Positions 41,289-51,372 of a stretch of 64,000 nucleotides of DNA are shown piece by piece. Origin of the DNA: an uncultured Bacteriovoracaceae bacterium (GTDB taxonomy: Bacteria > Bdellovibrionota > Bacteriovoracia > Bacteriovoracales > Bacteriovoracaceae); the NCBI GenBank assembly GCA_964012805.1, contig CAXGUD010000012.1, forward strand, positions 32,001 to 96,000. The letters are read 5' to 3'. Each line of letters opens with the position of its first letter. Position 1 is the first letter of the stretch. The position numbers were made by a program, and so were the translations under genes. Under the pieces are notes generated by a model that did no database searches, was not told the DNA's origin, and saw only the letters and a program-made list of their open reading frames with translations.

Positions 41289-41570
41289 TTTTATAGAGTA
41301 TACTTTTGCTATAAAATGTATCTTTTGTATTAAAAGATAAAGAGTCAATTCAAAAGTAATTCACAATAGTAAGTTTTTTTCTAAAACAAAAATACACTCC
41401 ATAATAAAAGGCCAAGTTTTTTTTATTATAAATTGATACTTTTAAGAACATAAACGTGAAGTTTTTTTTTAAATAAGCCGATTGAACCTTCTCCCGCGAT
41501 CACTCGATTAGTTTTAAATTATTTCCCGCAGCTTGTTTTTAATCATTTCTTGAGTATCTTTTGGTTAGGT

Positions 41571-41746
41571 TTTGTCTAGGTTTTGTTGTTGTCTTATTTT
41601 ATACATTTAACCCTAAGAGAGGAAGCAATATTTGAAATATAAGTCTATTTTTAATGGTTTAGCGATTTTTAAAGTCTTTTTTGTTGTTATTTATATAAAA
41701 CTCTAATATTTGATTTTTCTTCACCACAATTTGTCTAGGTTTTGTT
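41571..41746. repeat. 17-bp direct repeat TTTGTCTAGGTTTTGTT (41571-41587 and 41730-41746)
   Basis: Exact copies 159 bp apart; the core TAGGTTTTGT occurs a third time at 41566-41575. Confidence 0.7.
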
Positions 41747-41797
41747 TGGTTATGTGTGTGATATAATTCATGTATATTATTAACCAACGGAGGCTAT

Positions 41798-41941
41798 ATG
41801 AGCTTTGAAACCATTTTGATTGTCTTATTTTTAGCAATCGCAGTTTTCATTTTTGTAGAAACATATTTCAAAGACAACAACAAAGCTGAATCCAAGGAGA
41901 AACAATATGACCAAAGCCCAGAAAACTACAAACGGTTTTAA
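41798..41941 (+). CDS. Small single-TM protein (47 aa), not in the ORF track
   Basis: GGAGG RBS; MSFETILIVLFLAIAVFIFVETYFKDNNKAESKEKQYDQSPENYKRF. Confidence 0.6.
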   Translation: MSFETILIVLFLAIAVFIFVETYFKDNNKAESKEKQYDQSPENYKRF

Positions 41942-42059
41942 TCTTGAAAGCAAAGAAAAAAACCAAGACTCAATAGACAAGAAAAACAAGCAAAGAGAAA
42001 AAGCTTTAAAAGAAAAAAACCAAAAGTCTGTAGAGGAATACCAAAAAATCTATAGATGA
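41907..42059 (+). CDS. Small charged protein (50 aa), not in the ORF track
   Basis: AAGGAG RBS; MTKAQKTTNGFNLESKEKNQDSIDKKNKQREKALKEKNQKSVEEYQKIYR; overlaps the previous ORF. Confidence 0.55.
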   Translation: MTKAQKTTNGFNLESKEKNQDSIDKKNKQREKALKEKNQKSVEEYQKIYR

Positions 42060-42083
42060 GGGGGTTAGTCCGGGAGACTATGT

Positions 42084-42341
42084 ATGATAGTTAAGTTTAA
42101 TGACTACGAGCTGATGAGAAGGGCCCTTTGGGAAATGAACAAAGAGCTACAAATATGCTCCTACAAGAAAGCTTATAGGGTAAACTATGATGTTTGTGAA
42201 ATCCTTTGTGCCAGGAAAGACGTTGCTAACATCTTAATAAAGTTTGGTGGAAAAGTTTTGGAAGCTGATAGCGAGGAAGCCAATCTGTTAAATCCTTCGG
42301 AATGGTTCTCTATGTATAAAATCAATTTGCAATCTAGCTAG
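42084..42341 (+). CDS. Small hypothetical protein (85 aa)
   Basis: GGGAG RBS; third of a run of small co-oriented ORFs. Confidence 0.6.
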   Translation: MIVKFNDYELMRRALWEMNKELQICSYKKAYRVNYDVCEILCARKDVANILIKFGGKVLEADSEEANLLNPSEWFSMYKINLQSS

Positions 42342-42838
42342 ATATCCACCCTTGGCTTGGAAAATCATATAGAATGGTTTTCGAAGCTCGTAAAACTATT
42401 CAGGATCCACTTGAATGAAGTTTATTTTCGAATTGATGGAGCTTTTTTACTATTCATAAAAAGGCTTCCTCTTTTCAAGTCAGCTTTTTTTTATTTTCTT
42501 TTAAGGTTGTATTATATGCACTAAACAAGTTATCGACGATCTCTTTTTTTTCATTATCAGTAGGCTCTTTTTGCACATCCTTATCCCTTTTATTACAATT
42601 TTTTCATTCTTTATCGACATCTAAATTCCAAGCTGATTCTATCTCGAAACCATTTTTTCCGAATTTGTGCAGTATTTGGACAGTAAAAAACCGGAGTAGA
42701 GTGAGATTTATGGAAACGTTGACATGTTCGTTTTTAAAAAAGTTGCACTTTAATTAGGTTTATAAAAAGAACAAACCTTTTTGCATAACGTTAATAATAC
42801 AAATTAAACTCAACCTATAATAATTAATTTAAAAAAAC

Positions 42839-45118
42839 TTAGATAGGAAGTTTCACGGTAAATTTAGTTTCTATATCAATTTCAGATGAAACAGAAATGC
42901 TTCCTCCCAGATTAATAACTTCTGTTAGAACAGCTTCCATACCAATCCCCCTTCCAGAAATATCGTCTACACTGTCTCTAGTTGAAAAACCGTGGCTAAA
43001 AATAAGATTATAGACTTCTTCAATTGATAGACTATCGACTTCTGATTTGGTTTTTATTTTACTTTTTATTGCGGTCAATTTTATCTTTTCGAGATCTAGA
43101 CCTTTCCCATCATCACTAAAAATAATTAAAAAGCAATCCTTATTCTTTACCAATTGAACTTTTATAGAAGCTTCAAATGGTTTACCTTTCTTCTTCCTTT
43201 CTTCTTGGGATTCTATTCCGTGATCAATCATATTTCTGAAAATGTGGATTAAGCTATTTATAAATTCCGCGTATTTATTATATTCAACAAGAATTTTATC
43301 TCCTGATATTTCAAACCTAATTTTCTTATCCTGTTTTGATGCGACTTGATTAATCAGAGTGTGATACTTATTTAACTTTTTTCTTATATCAACAAGAATA
43401 TAATCATTATAAACGTTTATATGAAGTTCTTCTAAAGATTGAGCGTTCACAATAAGCTCAATCATTCGATTGGCCTCTATGGCATTGCCTTCTTGGACTA
43501 GAAATTTTTTAACTGCCTGGATCATTAGATCATTTTCTTTTAATAGATCTTCAAAATTTTTACTAAAAATATTGATTGAGTGGTTAAATGCCTTTCCATC
43601 GCTTGTGTGTATGGAATCCTCTATACTGTTTAGAATAGAAGAAAATGATCTCAATCTAAATTGACCAAATCGTGCTTTAAGTGTGTGAAATTGTCTAAAG
43701 CAAACTTCTTTGTTTTTTATAATATCTTGATTCTTATCAATTGTTTCGTAAGTATCCCTTATGAGCTCATTTAAGTCTAGGGGATTTTGAAGGCCATATT
43801 TTATAAATTGAACTTCTTCATGATCTTTTTCTTGAAGAAATTTTAATTTCTCTTGTTCCGTCTTGTCCGTTACAATTAGAATGATCTTATTCAATACGTT
43901 TTGTTTTTTTTCATTAAAAATCGGTCTAAAATTTAAATGAATAGATTTACCTTGATGGTTAATAAATTTTTTAGGTGCTAAATGTAAGACATCTTTTATT
44001 TTAAGTTTATTACTGAAAAGGTAGCCTACCCATTTTTTTATTGCGCTAACGGTTCTCTCTTTGACTTCTTCATCTTGAATTTTTTTTGTTAGGACATCCC
44101 AAATCTTTATTTTTTCCACTTCAGATTCGTAAAGAGAAGTTTCTAAAAGTTGTTCTACTTTTTGAGTGGCACCTTCACTTATTATTCCATCACCATTAAA
44201 AGTAAGGTAACCTTGTTCAAGACCAGAAAGTATATTATCTCTTTCAATCTTTTTTTGATGTGAATGAATTAAAAAATCTTCAAGAGTGGCCCTTTCAAAC
44301 TCAAGATCAAGGCTTGTATTCTTCATTTCTTTATGCAGGTTCATGTTATTTTTCATTAATTTCTCAATGTTCTCTTGGTATAACTTATCTTTATAAGAAA
44401 AATCTTTATTGTATTTTATGTCTTTAGATCGACTTATTTCACTTCCATTTTCACTAGATATTTTTTCAATAACACCAATATTTAGAAGTAATAAATGAAA
44501 AAAGACCAAAAGTATTATTCCAAAGGCCCCCAAAAAAGAAATAGGTATAAAAATGACTAGGGAAGTGAACATAATTTTTGCAATTTTTGTTTCTTTGGCA
44601 AGAAGGTAGGTAATATTCAAGGAGAAAATATAGGAAATCAGATAGAGAAAAATAGTTAAAGATATCCCAACTAATGAATTAAAAAAGAAAGATAAAATAA
44701 ATCCAAATGCTAGGAAGAACATGAAGTGGGGAATATATCTTAAACGTATTTTTTCTGGGTCATCAGTTTTAAAAAACTCTTTTAAAAAATAGAAGAAGCA
44801 TACCAAAGTTAAAAAGCTTAATATGACATACCTTTTGAAAGATATTTGATCCATATTAAATAAATTCGCTTCTTCGAATAAATTGGTTTCAAAAATTAAT
44901 AAATTTGAAAGAAGGAAATATGTCAAAAATAAAAAGAAAATTTTCTTCTTCGTTTTTAGTCCAGTTAAAAAATTAAAAGTTATGAGTAAAAAGAGAAACA
45001 TCGAATGAAGACCGTGAAAAAACTGACCAGCTGGAAGTTCTCTTTGTAAAGGTGAAGCACCAAGCGGAAAACTCACCACTATTAATAAAAACAAAAAAAT
45101 AGAAAAATAAACCACCAA
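42839..45118 (-). CDS. Multi-TM sensor with PAS-like, Hpt and CheA-type kinase domains (no CheW domain)
   Basis: FRQFHTLKARF, HIFRNMIDHG, SDDGKG, GFSTR and SGRGIGM. Confidence 0.85.
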   Translation of the reverse strand: MVVYFSIFLFLLIVVSFPLGASPLQRELPAGQFFHGLHSMFLFLLITFNFLTGLKTKKKIFFLFLTYFLLSNLLIFETNLFEEANLFNMDQISFKRYVILSFLTLVCFFYFLKEFFKTDDPEKIRLRYIPHFMFFLAFGFILSFFFNSLVGISLTIFLYLISYIFSLNITYLLAKETKIAKIMFTSLVIFIPISFLGAFGIILLVFFHLLLLNIGVIEKISSENGSEISRSKDIKYNKDFSYKDKLYQENIEKLMKNNMNLHKEMKNTSLDLEFERATLEDFLIHSHQKKIERDNILSGLEQGYLTFNGDGIISEGATQKVEQLLETSLYESEVEKIKIWDVLTKKIQDEEVKERTVSAIKKWVGYLFSNKLKIKDVLHLAPKKFINHQGKSIHLNFRPIFNEKKQNVLNKIILIVTDKTEQEKLKFLQEKDHEEVQFIKYGLQNPLDLNELIRDTYETIDKNQDIIKNKEVCFRQFHTLKARFGQFRLRSFSSILNSIEDSIHTSDGKAFNHSINIFSKNFEDLLKENDLMIQAVKKFLVQEGNAIEANRMIELIVNAQSLEELHINVYNDYILVDIRKKLNKYHTLINQVASKQDKKIRFEISGDKILVEYNKYAEFINSLIHIFRNMIDHGIESQEERKKKGKPFEASIKVQLVKNKDCFLIIFSDDGKGLDLEKIKLTAIKSKIKTKSEVDSLSIEEVYNLIFSHGFSTRDSVDDISGRGIGMEAVLTEVINLGGSISVSSEIDIETKFTVKLPI

Positions 45119-45331
45119 CTTTTCCTAAAAAAAGAGCGCTTTCAATGCCTAACTTATCGAAAAAAGGTAGGGTAAACTTAAGAGAAATAGTCGGAAAACC
45201 CTATTGAGGAAGGTTTTCAAGTCAATAAATTTTATTTGCTAAGTGTCGCGTAAAAAATACCAAATATCTTCTAAGGGTTTGATAAGACCCTAAAAAAAAC
45301 ATATTATGCGTAGCGTCTGGTCCTTAAAGTT

Positions 45332-47215
45332 ATGGTAAAAGTCATGTTAACAAAAAGCAATTATCTTGAGAAAAGGCGGGTACTCGATAAAGATTCTTTG
45401 GCTTTTCAGCTAGGTGAGACTTTGAAGGCGCTATACCCTAATTTGCAAAGAGAACACGAAGATGTCTTTTTTGAACTGAATTTATTGTTAAATGAAATTT
45501 ATCCAGAGCTTGAAAAAAGTCTTGATAGCAATCAAAAGTTTTTTGGTGGGATGCCTACCGATTGGAGTGCTTCCTCCCTTTTTGAATATTATCTCAAGAG
45601 GCGTGAACCACTTCCTCAGCATTGCAATTATGGTTTTATATTAGAAGATTTTCTTCCAAATACATTTAACCCCCTTCTAAAGGCAGCTACTTTTGCTCTA
45701 AATCTTTATCACTTTTTAAAAGAAAAAAAAGAAGGGAATTTTAAGAGTACTCCAACAAAGTGGGGAATGGTAGATAATACTGTTTACCAAAAGTTCATCC
45801 ACCTTACGAGAAGACCCGGGATTGGTAGAGACTCTGTCGTCTATAATTCCTGGGAGGATATTCAATCAATAATTATTATTTATAATGGACACTATTTTAA
45901 AGTTCCTCTTTTTAATAAAGAATATAAGCGTGCTTATAGTGCATTAGAGTTAACCAAGTCACTTAATAAAATAGTTAATTTAAAAAAAGATAGAAAGAAC
46001 TCCTTTCCTTTAGGAGTCATGACTTCGTTAAACCGTGATAAATGGGCAATTTATCAAGACTCTTTTAAAAAAATTGAGAACTTTTCTGTATTTCTAGATG
46101 AATTAGAAAAGTCACTTTTTGTCCTTTCTCTAGACTTAAATGAATTTCCATCAACTAAAAGTGATAGGGTAAGGCTTGCAATTGATGGTCGTGCAGAAAA
46201 CCGCTGGTACGATAAATCTTTAAATCTTTCCATTTCCAAGAATGGAACAATAAGTGTTAATTGTGACCATCTCATTATGGATGGTTCACCCTTTTTAGAA
46301 ATGATCAATAGCGCATTCGAAGCGGGCGATTCCAATGAAACTGACCATAATCAAATGAATCATCTTTGTGAAAAGAGTGTGCCTTTTTTTGAATTAGTGT
46401 CACCTGATATAAGTAGTAATATTTCTAAAAATGAGCAAATGGCTGTTTTAAATGAAATAAATAAAGAAAAAAATGAGATAAGCTGCACCCATTATGAGCT
46501 GTCCATAGGAACTGATATTTTCAATAAAATGAAGCTACGTCCTGATATGTCTTTTCAGCTTTTTATTCAAATGGCCAGTTTCATTACTTTTAGTTCGATT
46601 CTCTCAACGAGTCAGGCAGTTGAAACGAGAAATTTTGAATACGGGCGTTATGACACCATCCTTTCAAATTCAAATTATATTCAAAGATTAACAAACCTTT
46701 TTGAAAATTCTTATGACCAGGAAAGTGCAAGGCCTTTCATATCACTTTTTAAAGCAATGGTTGAAAATCAAAAAAATAAAATCGTAAGCTGTAAAAACGG
46801 TGAGGCCATGATAACCTATTTAGACGCCCTTTTGGTTTTGGACTTACCCTTAGAAAACCCAAAAAGAAAATCTTTAGACCGTTTTAAGTTTCTTTTCGAA
46901 ACAAATCCAATTTTAAAAGGTCTGATGGACCCCTATATATCAACTTCAGGAATACCTCATGTAAGGTCAATTGATACTTTTGCTTTCACTGATTTTGGAA
47001 AGGATAAATTGGGTCTTGGTTATATTATAGGACCCAAAAAAGTCATTCTTGGAGAATATCGACTTGGAGATTTTAAAATTAAAAAAGATAATTTTATAAA
47101 AAATCTTAAGGCAATTATTAAAAAATTTATTTTACTCCATAAAGACCATGAAATAGAAGTCGAAGATGGTAAAATTTCAAATCATGGAGAGGAATTTTTG
47201 AAGGAAGTAAGGTGA
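45332..47215 (+). CDS. Choline/carnitine O-acyltransferase family protein
   Basis: YLKRREPLP, GVMTSLNRDKWA, FVLSLD, NRWYDKS, catalytic DHLIMDG (His313), PDMSFQLFIQMA, TRNFEYGRYDT and STS motif; full length (627 aa). Confidence 0.88.
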   Translation: MVKVMLTKSNYLEKRRVLDKDSLAFQLGETLKALYPNLQREHEDVFFELNLLLNEIYPELEKSLDSNQKFFGGMPTDWSASSLFEYYLKRREPLPQHCNYGFILEDFLPNTFNPLLKAATFALNLYHFLKEKKEGNFKSTPTKWGMVDNTVYQKFIHLTRRPGIGRDSVVYNSWEDIQSIIIIYNGHYFKVPLFNKEYKRAYSALELTKSLNKIVNLKKDRKNSFPLGVMTSLNRDKWAIYQDSFKKIENFSVFLDELEKSLFVLSLDLNEFPSTKSDRVRLAIDGRAENRWYDKSLNLSISKNGTISVNCDHLIMDGSPFLEMINSAFEAGDSNETDHNQMNHLCEKSVPFFELVSPDISSNISKNEQMAVLNEINKEKNEISCTHYELSIGTDIFNKMKLRPDMSFQLFIQMASFITFSSILSTSQAVETRNFEYGRYDTILSNSNYIQRLTNLFENSYDQESARPFISLFKAMVENQKNKIVSCKNGEAMITYLDALLVLDLPLENPKRKSLDRFKFLFETNPILKGLMDPYISTSGIPHVRSIDTFAFTDFGKDKLGLGYIIGPKKVILGEYRLGDFKIKKDNFIKNLKAIIKKFILLHKDHEIEVEDGKISNHGEEFLKEVR

Positions 47216-47216
47216 A

Positions 47217-47543
47217 ATGATGGGTTGGATTTATTTATTGAGTGCAATTTTATTGGAAGTTTCAGGTACTATGTCTATGAAATTGTCAGAAGGACTCACA
47301 AAAACAATTCCCTCTATTTTAATATTTATTTTTTATGGTCTATCCCTGTCTCTTTTGACTTTGGCCTTAAAATTCATTCCCGTAAGTATTGCTTACGCTA
47401 TATGGTCTGGGATAGGCACGGCCCTCATTGCTATTATTGGTTTTACCTTTTTTGATGAAAGTTTTAGCGCTTTAAAATGGCTTGGAATTGGTCTCATTAT
47501 AATAGGGGTTGTCTTGATAAATTTAAAAGGTACGGCCCATTAA
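47217..47543 (+). CDS. SMR family (EmrE/Qac-like) small multidrug efflux transporter
   Basis: LLEVSGTMSMKLSEG (membrane Glu), IAYAIWSGIG, 4 TM; starts 1 nt after the acyltransferase stop. Confidence 0.93.
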   Translation: MMGWIYLLSAILLEVSGTMSMKLSEGLTKTIPSILIFIFYGLSLSLLTLALKFIPVSIAYAIWSGIGTALIAIIGFTFFDESFSALKWLGIGLIIIGVVLINLKGTAH

Positions 47544-47557
47544 ATTTAGGTTTTTTT

Positions 47558-48505
47558 TTAAAGGTCTATTCTTTTCGGTGGCGACTGTTTTCTAGAGAGT
47601 CTTTTGTGGAGCCGGTCACAAGGGAAGTTTTCTATAACGGTCATATTTTCTTGATGGTATCCACCTTTTTTTTCAGCATTTTTGTAATCTGTATGACATT
47701 TATATTCTTTATCGACAACTTCTTTTACGAATTTTTTGTTTTGTGATTTATTTTTTGGGCCATTTAAGCACTTTTGCATAACTCCAAAAACAATCCCTGT
47801 CCTGTGCATTCCTCCATAGCAGTGAATAAGGGCATTTCCAGGAACTGATTCGATTTGAGCGATAATAGAAATGACGTCCTTATAAATACTTTCAGCGCTC
47901 CTTTCTTCTAAGTCATAATCAAAGTCCTTAATTTGAGTATAAGTGCCAAAACTGCCTTGTTTATCTTTTGTAGACCTAAGAAAATTAGTCTTTTCCCAAT
48001 AGCTTAAAACGTATTTAGTTTTAAAGCTTCCATCATAAAGGTTTACAATCTGCCTTATATTGGCTTTTTCAATTAAATGTTGGAGGCATTGACGAGCCTT
48101 TCCTTTAGCTTGTCCTTCAGGAAAGGACCCTTTTTTTATTTTTTCATAGGGTATTTTTCCTGAAAAGATTTTTCCGCTTAGAAATGATGACCGGTAAACA
48201 GTTTTAACTCCAGAAGGGAAACGGAATTTGGCGGCTCCCATGTTCGATGTTTCAGCAACATTTACAACCACAAGCCTTTCAAACTCACCGAAATTTGTCT
48301 TTCGAAGTTTTCCAAATGAGTAACTCCAGTGGACGTCATCATTGCACATAGGAGGCTTAACGATTGCAATATCTTTTTCCTTTTTTCCTTTTTGTTTCCA
48401 GTATTTGTATGAAATCTTAGAGCAGTTAAAGGTTTCCGCGTAGGAAAACCTAAAAACTGATAAAAAACAAAAAAGGAAAAGGCAAAGTTGTTTGAGAAAA
48501 ACCAA
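47558..48505 (-). CDS. Exported cysteine-dependent (CX5R) phosphatase, PTP/DSP superfamily
   Basis: Signal peptide, VYRSS and P-loop IHCYGGMHRTG. Confidence 0.82.
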   Translation of the reverse strand: MVFLKQLCLFLFCFLSVFRFSYAETFNCSKISYKYWKQKGKKEKDIAIVKPPMCNDDVHWSYSFGKLRKTNFGEFERLVVVNVAETSNMGAAKFRFPSGVKTVYRSSFLSGKIFSGKIPYEKIKKGSFPEGQAKGKARQCLQHLIEKANIRQIVNLYDGSFKTKYVLSYWEKTNFLRSTKDKQGSFGTYTQIKDFDYDLEERSAESIYKDVISIIAQIESVPGNALIHCYGGMHRTGIVFGVMQKCLNGPKNKSQNKKFVKEVVDKEYKCHTDYKNAEKKGGYHQENMTVIENFPCDRLHKRLSRKQSPPKRIDL

Positions 48506-48630
48506 GGGGGCAACCTCCTAAAAGATAATGAATTTAGAGTACCTAATAAATATAACTCATTATAGCGAAAAGGTGAGAGTAAATTCTTAGTCTATTTAAA
48601 TCAATTTTTCCCTATTATTTCTTAATTTCC

Positions 48631-49104
48631 TTAATTTTTGCGAAGGTGTTTTTCTTCAACTAAAAAAGGATCTGTATTACTTTTTGATTCCGGACCTGGT
48701 TCCAAAAAGTACTTTTCGAATAGGCCTTCGGGCCATTTCGTGGGCTTTTGAGTTTCTTTATCCAAGCAAACAAGATTCATTTTGCAGGTTGAGAGGAGCC
48801 CTCCTTCATGGGTCTCCATTGTGCATGATGCCACAGCAGTGAGGCTTTTTAGCTGAGAAATGAATGAGGTAATTGAAAAAGGGCAGTCACCATAAATAGG
48901 TTTTATATACTCGATTTCTGTTTTCCGGATGACAAAAGCAATCGGAAGCTCCAAGATTTTTTGTAAGTCGAGGTCATTCTCCCTCATTCCATGAAAGCGG
49001 TGGTTTAGGAAGTACTTCAAGTAATGTTCTGAATTCATATGGCCGTAGAGGTCTAACTCGGAAAAGTGAGCGCGGTGAACGGAATGAAAAATTTTTGGTA
49101 CCAT
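48631..49104 (-). CDS. Acyl-CoA thioesterase (4HBT/YbgC hotdog family)
   Basis: FSELDLYGHMNSEHY, IEYIKP and VCLD. Confidence 0.88.
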   Translation of the reverse strand: MVPKIFHSVHRAHFSELDLYGHMNSEHYLKYFLNHRFHGMRENDLDLQKILELPIAFVIRKTEIEYIKPIYGDCPFSITSFISQLKSLTAVASCTMETHEGGLLSTCKMNLVCLDKETQKPTKWPEGLFEKYFLEPGPESKSNTDPFLVEEKHLRKN

Positions 49105-49740
49105 GGAATTAACCCCTTCCTAAAAAGGTAAAAAAAGGATACTTGATCAATTAGATTATGTCCATGAGTGTAAAGGGAATAAGGAACACTACCTGGGCGG
49201 AAATTTATTGGGCTTGGTTAAAGGCCTTTAAACTTGAAACTTGAATAGCCGAAAGGCAATCTATTGAATGCTAGCTGATAATTAAAGGAGATAAAATAGT
49301 GAATTACTCAAACGATGGCCATGAATTAGAAAAAGGCCCATTGGACTTAGAGTCTGAAGACAAGAGCGAAGATAAAAAGTTTAGCAATAACTCATATGAG
49401 GAACTTATTCTAGGACCTTTTCTTTAAAATAAAGTTTGAATTTCTTAGAGGGGAAGATAGTGAAGCCTTTCCGCGTCGAGCAAGGATTCACCCTATATAA
49501 AGATCTTTTTTGAACTTAGTAAGTTGGATTATCTAAACTACAAACCTAAAAAGTTGGCAATTCAATAAAGAGACTTTAAATAAATAAACCTGTCAAACTC
49601 TTCTTTAATAAACCGCAAAAACCGTAATTTCGAGCATTTAATCATTCTTTGAGAAAGTCTAAAGCACGGCCTTTGTAAAGAATCTTTTTCTAAGCCTTGA
49701 AAGAAAGTAAAATGCAGAAGCTGTAAATAACTCAATAAGT

Positions 49741-49926
49741 GTGGCCCGAATGGATTGGAGTTTTGAAATTATTAAAAACATCTTTTTGGTTTTTACGATA
49801 GCTGCTTTTTTCTATTTGATCCTTCGTATTTTTATAAGCAGAGTTGGAGGAACATTTTTTTGGTGGCACTACCCTATAATTATTCTTTATTTTATAATAT
49901 CTTTGACAGTTCCGATTTTAGCTTAA
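49741..49926 (+). CDS. Small two-TM hypothetical protein
   Basis: 61-aa ORF with two hydrophobic segments. Confidence 0.4.
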   Translation: MARMDWSFEIIKNIFLVFTIAAFFYLILRIFISRVGGTFFWWHYPIIILYFIISLTVPILA

Positions 49927-50023
49927 CTTTAATATATACAATTTAAAATCATTTAATTGATATTACTTTTAAATTTGTTTTAAGAACCCTCCTTGTAAAT
50001 GATTTAAAAAAATGTCCCACTTA

Positions 50024-50428
50024 TTAATGGTGCATTTTTGAGTTTCTCTTTGACTTCATCTTATTAGGTAAAACTGTATAAGAGGCAGTTCCTTTTACTT
50101 TTAGCCTTTTAGCATAAACTCTTAGGCTCATACCCTTTTTTAAAACTTCATCAGTCTTACAGATAAAAAATGAATTTTTCGATTTGCAAGTGACTTTATT
50201 ACTTTTATTGATAGAATAATTAACAAAAGAGTTTTTCGTGGTAGGGTTTTTAAAATTTATATCTAACAGATATACTTTAAAACTTTTGTGATTTTTATTT
50301 ATGATAAGCTCAGTGTGAAACATACCTGGCATTTTTATTTTGCCACCATGTGGTCCAGGTCTTTTTCCTCCATGAGCAAATAAATTGATACTTGTAAAAA
50401 AACTAATCACAATTATAAATTTTTTCAT
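50024..50428 (-). CDS. Exported protein with N-terminal HGG...GPHGG motif (possible metal binding)
   Basis: Signal peptide ending LFA, then HGGKRPGPHGGKIKMPGMFHTE and YLLD. Confidence 0.7.
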   Translation of the reverse strand: MKKFIIVISFFTSINLFAHGGKRPGPHGGKIKMPGMFHTELIINKNHKSFKVYLLDINFKNPTTKNSFVNYSINKSNKVTCKSKNSFFICKTDEVLKKGMSLRVYAKRLKVKGTASYTVLPNKMKSKRNSKMHH

Positions 50429-50874
50429 TATTTTTAACCCCAATTTAATTTAAAATATCGACTTATAGTTTTTATCATAAATAAATTATATATCGGTTTT
50501 AAAACTCATTCATAAACACTATTTAGAAAATAGATAAAGTTGGGAAGATTAGTCATATTTTAAATATCTTAAATAGTGGTCGCAATTTTTAATTCCGATT
50601 AGAAAGATATAGTAAAGATAAGTTTTAAAAAAATGCTAATGGTTTCTATATTATTAACGAGGATGACGATCAAGGTATAGATATTGAAATAACTCTAAAT
50701 AAGATGATAGAAAATAAAATTAAGTCAAATGGAGCGGTTAAAAAAAATTTGGACAAGGGTTTATTAGGCATGATTTTTTATTCTGGTTTTATTTTGGAGG
50801 TAAAATTTCTTTTGACTCAATTTTCAAAAAATTCGATTTTAGATATTTTTTAAAGAGTAGGTTGAAAAGAGTAT

Positions 50875-51372
50875 TTAGATGGCCATTTTATTTTCTCTGT
50901 AAGAATTCCATATTTTTTCTTCTATTTTTTTGACTTTTAGAGAACTCTGTTCTTCATATTTATCACCTTCTTTAATAAATTGGTTGGGAATATCAAGTAA
51001 GGCATAAGCATCCAAACGATATAGTAAGCCTTCAGATTTTTTGTGAGCGAGAGAGTATTTTACTTTGCTCAAATAAATTTTAACAGCTCCTTTAATTTCG
51101 GCTTCTGAAGAGAAAACATCAAACTGATATCTTTCACAATCATCAGCTTCGTAAAATATCTCTTTATCACTTATTTTCTTTAGAACCTGTAAGTGGTAGT
51201 TAAAGTTCTCCTCAGATTGAAAAATGACTTTGGATAGGTTAACCATAATAGATTTTTTGTCAGTAAAATCACACCACTCTACGAATGGTGATTCCTCGCC
51301 TGACCAGTACAACCTTTTTTTCATCAGGTTTAGGAGTAGGTTTTCGATATAACTTAGAAACTTTTCGCTCAA
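50875..51372 (-). CDS. Hypothetical protein
   Basis: 165-aa ORF with GGAG RBS; no recognised motif. Confidence 0.6.
   Translation of the reverse strand: MSEKFLSYIENLLLNLMKKRLYWSGEESPFVEWCDFTDKKSIMVNLSKVIFQSEENFNYHLQVLKKISDKEIFYEADDCERYQFDVFSSEAEIKGAVKIYLSKVKYSLAHKKSEGLLYRLDAYALLDIPNQFIKEGDKYEEQSSLKVKKIEEKIWNSYRENKMAI

Noticed and set aside
41566..41746. Direct repeats as a CRISPR array or att sites
   Set aside because: Only two 17-bp copies 159 bp apart; no cas gene, integrase or tRNA.
42338..42752. Minus-strand frame of about 138 codons interrupted only by four TGA codons, suggesting stop-codon recoding
   Set aside because: TGA terminates normal genes in this window (for example at 2808, 9473, 13919 and 47215). 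There is no clear start, and another frame looks more protein-like near the end, so a decayed gene is simpler.
49244..49265. c-di-GMP-I riboswitch
   Set aside because: The GAAA hairpin lacks the flanking GGCAAA and GACGCAAA consensus and the second stem.
50520..50853. Plus-strand open stretch of about 80 codons
   Set aside because: No convincing start or RBS and stops upstream; at most a gene remnant.
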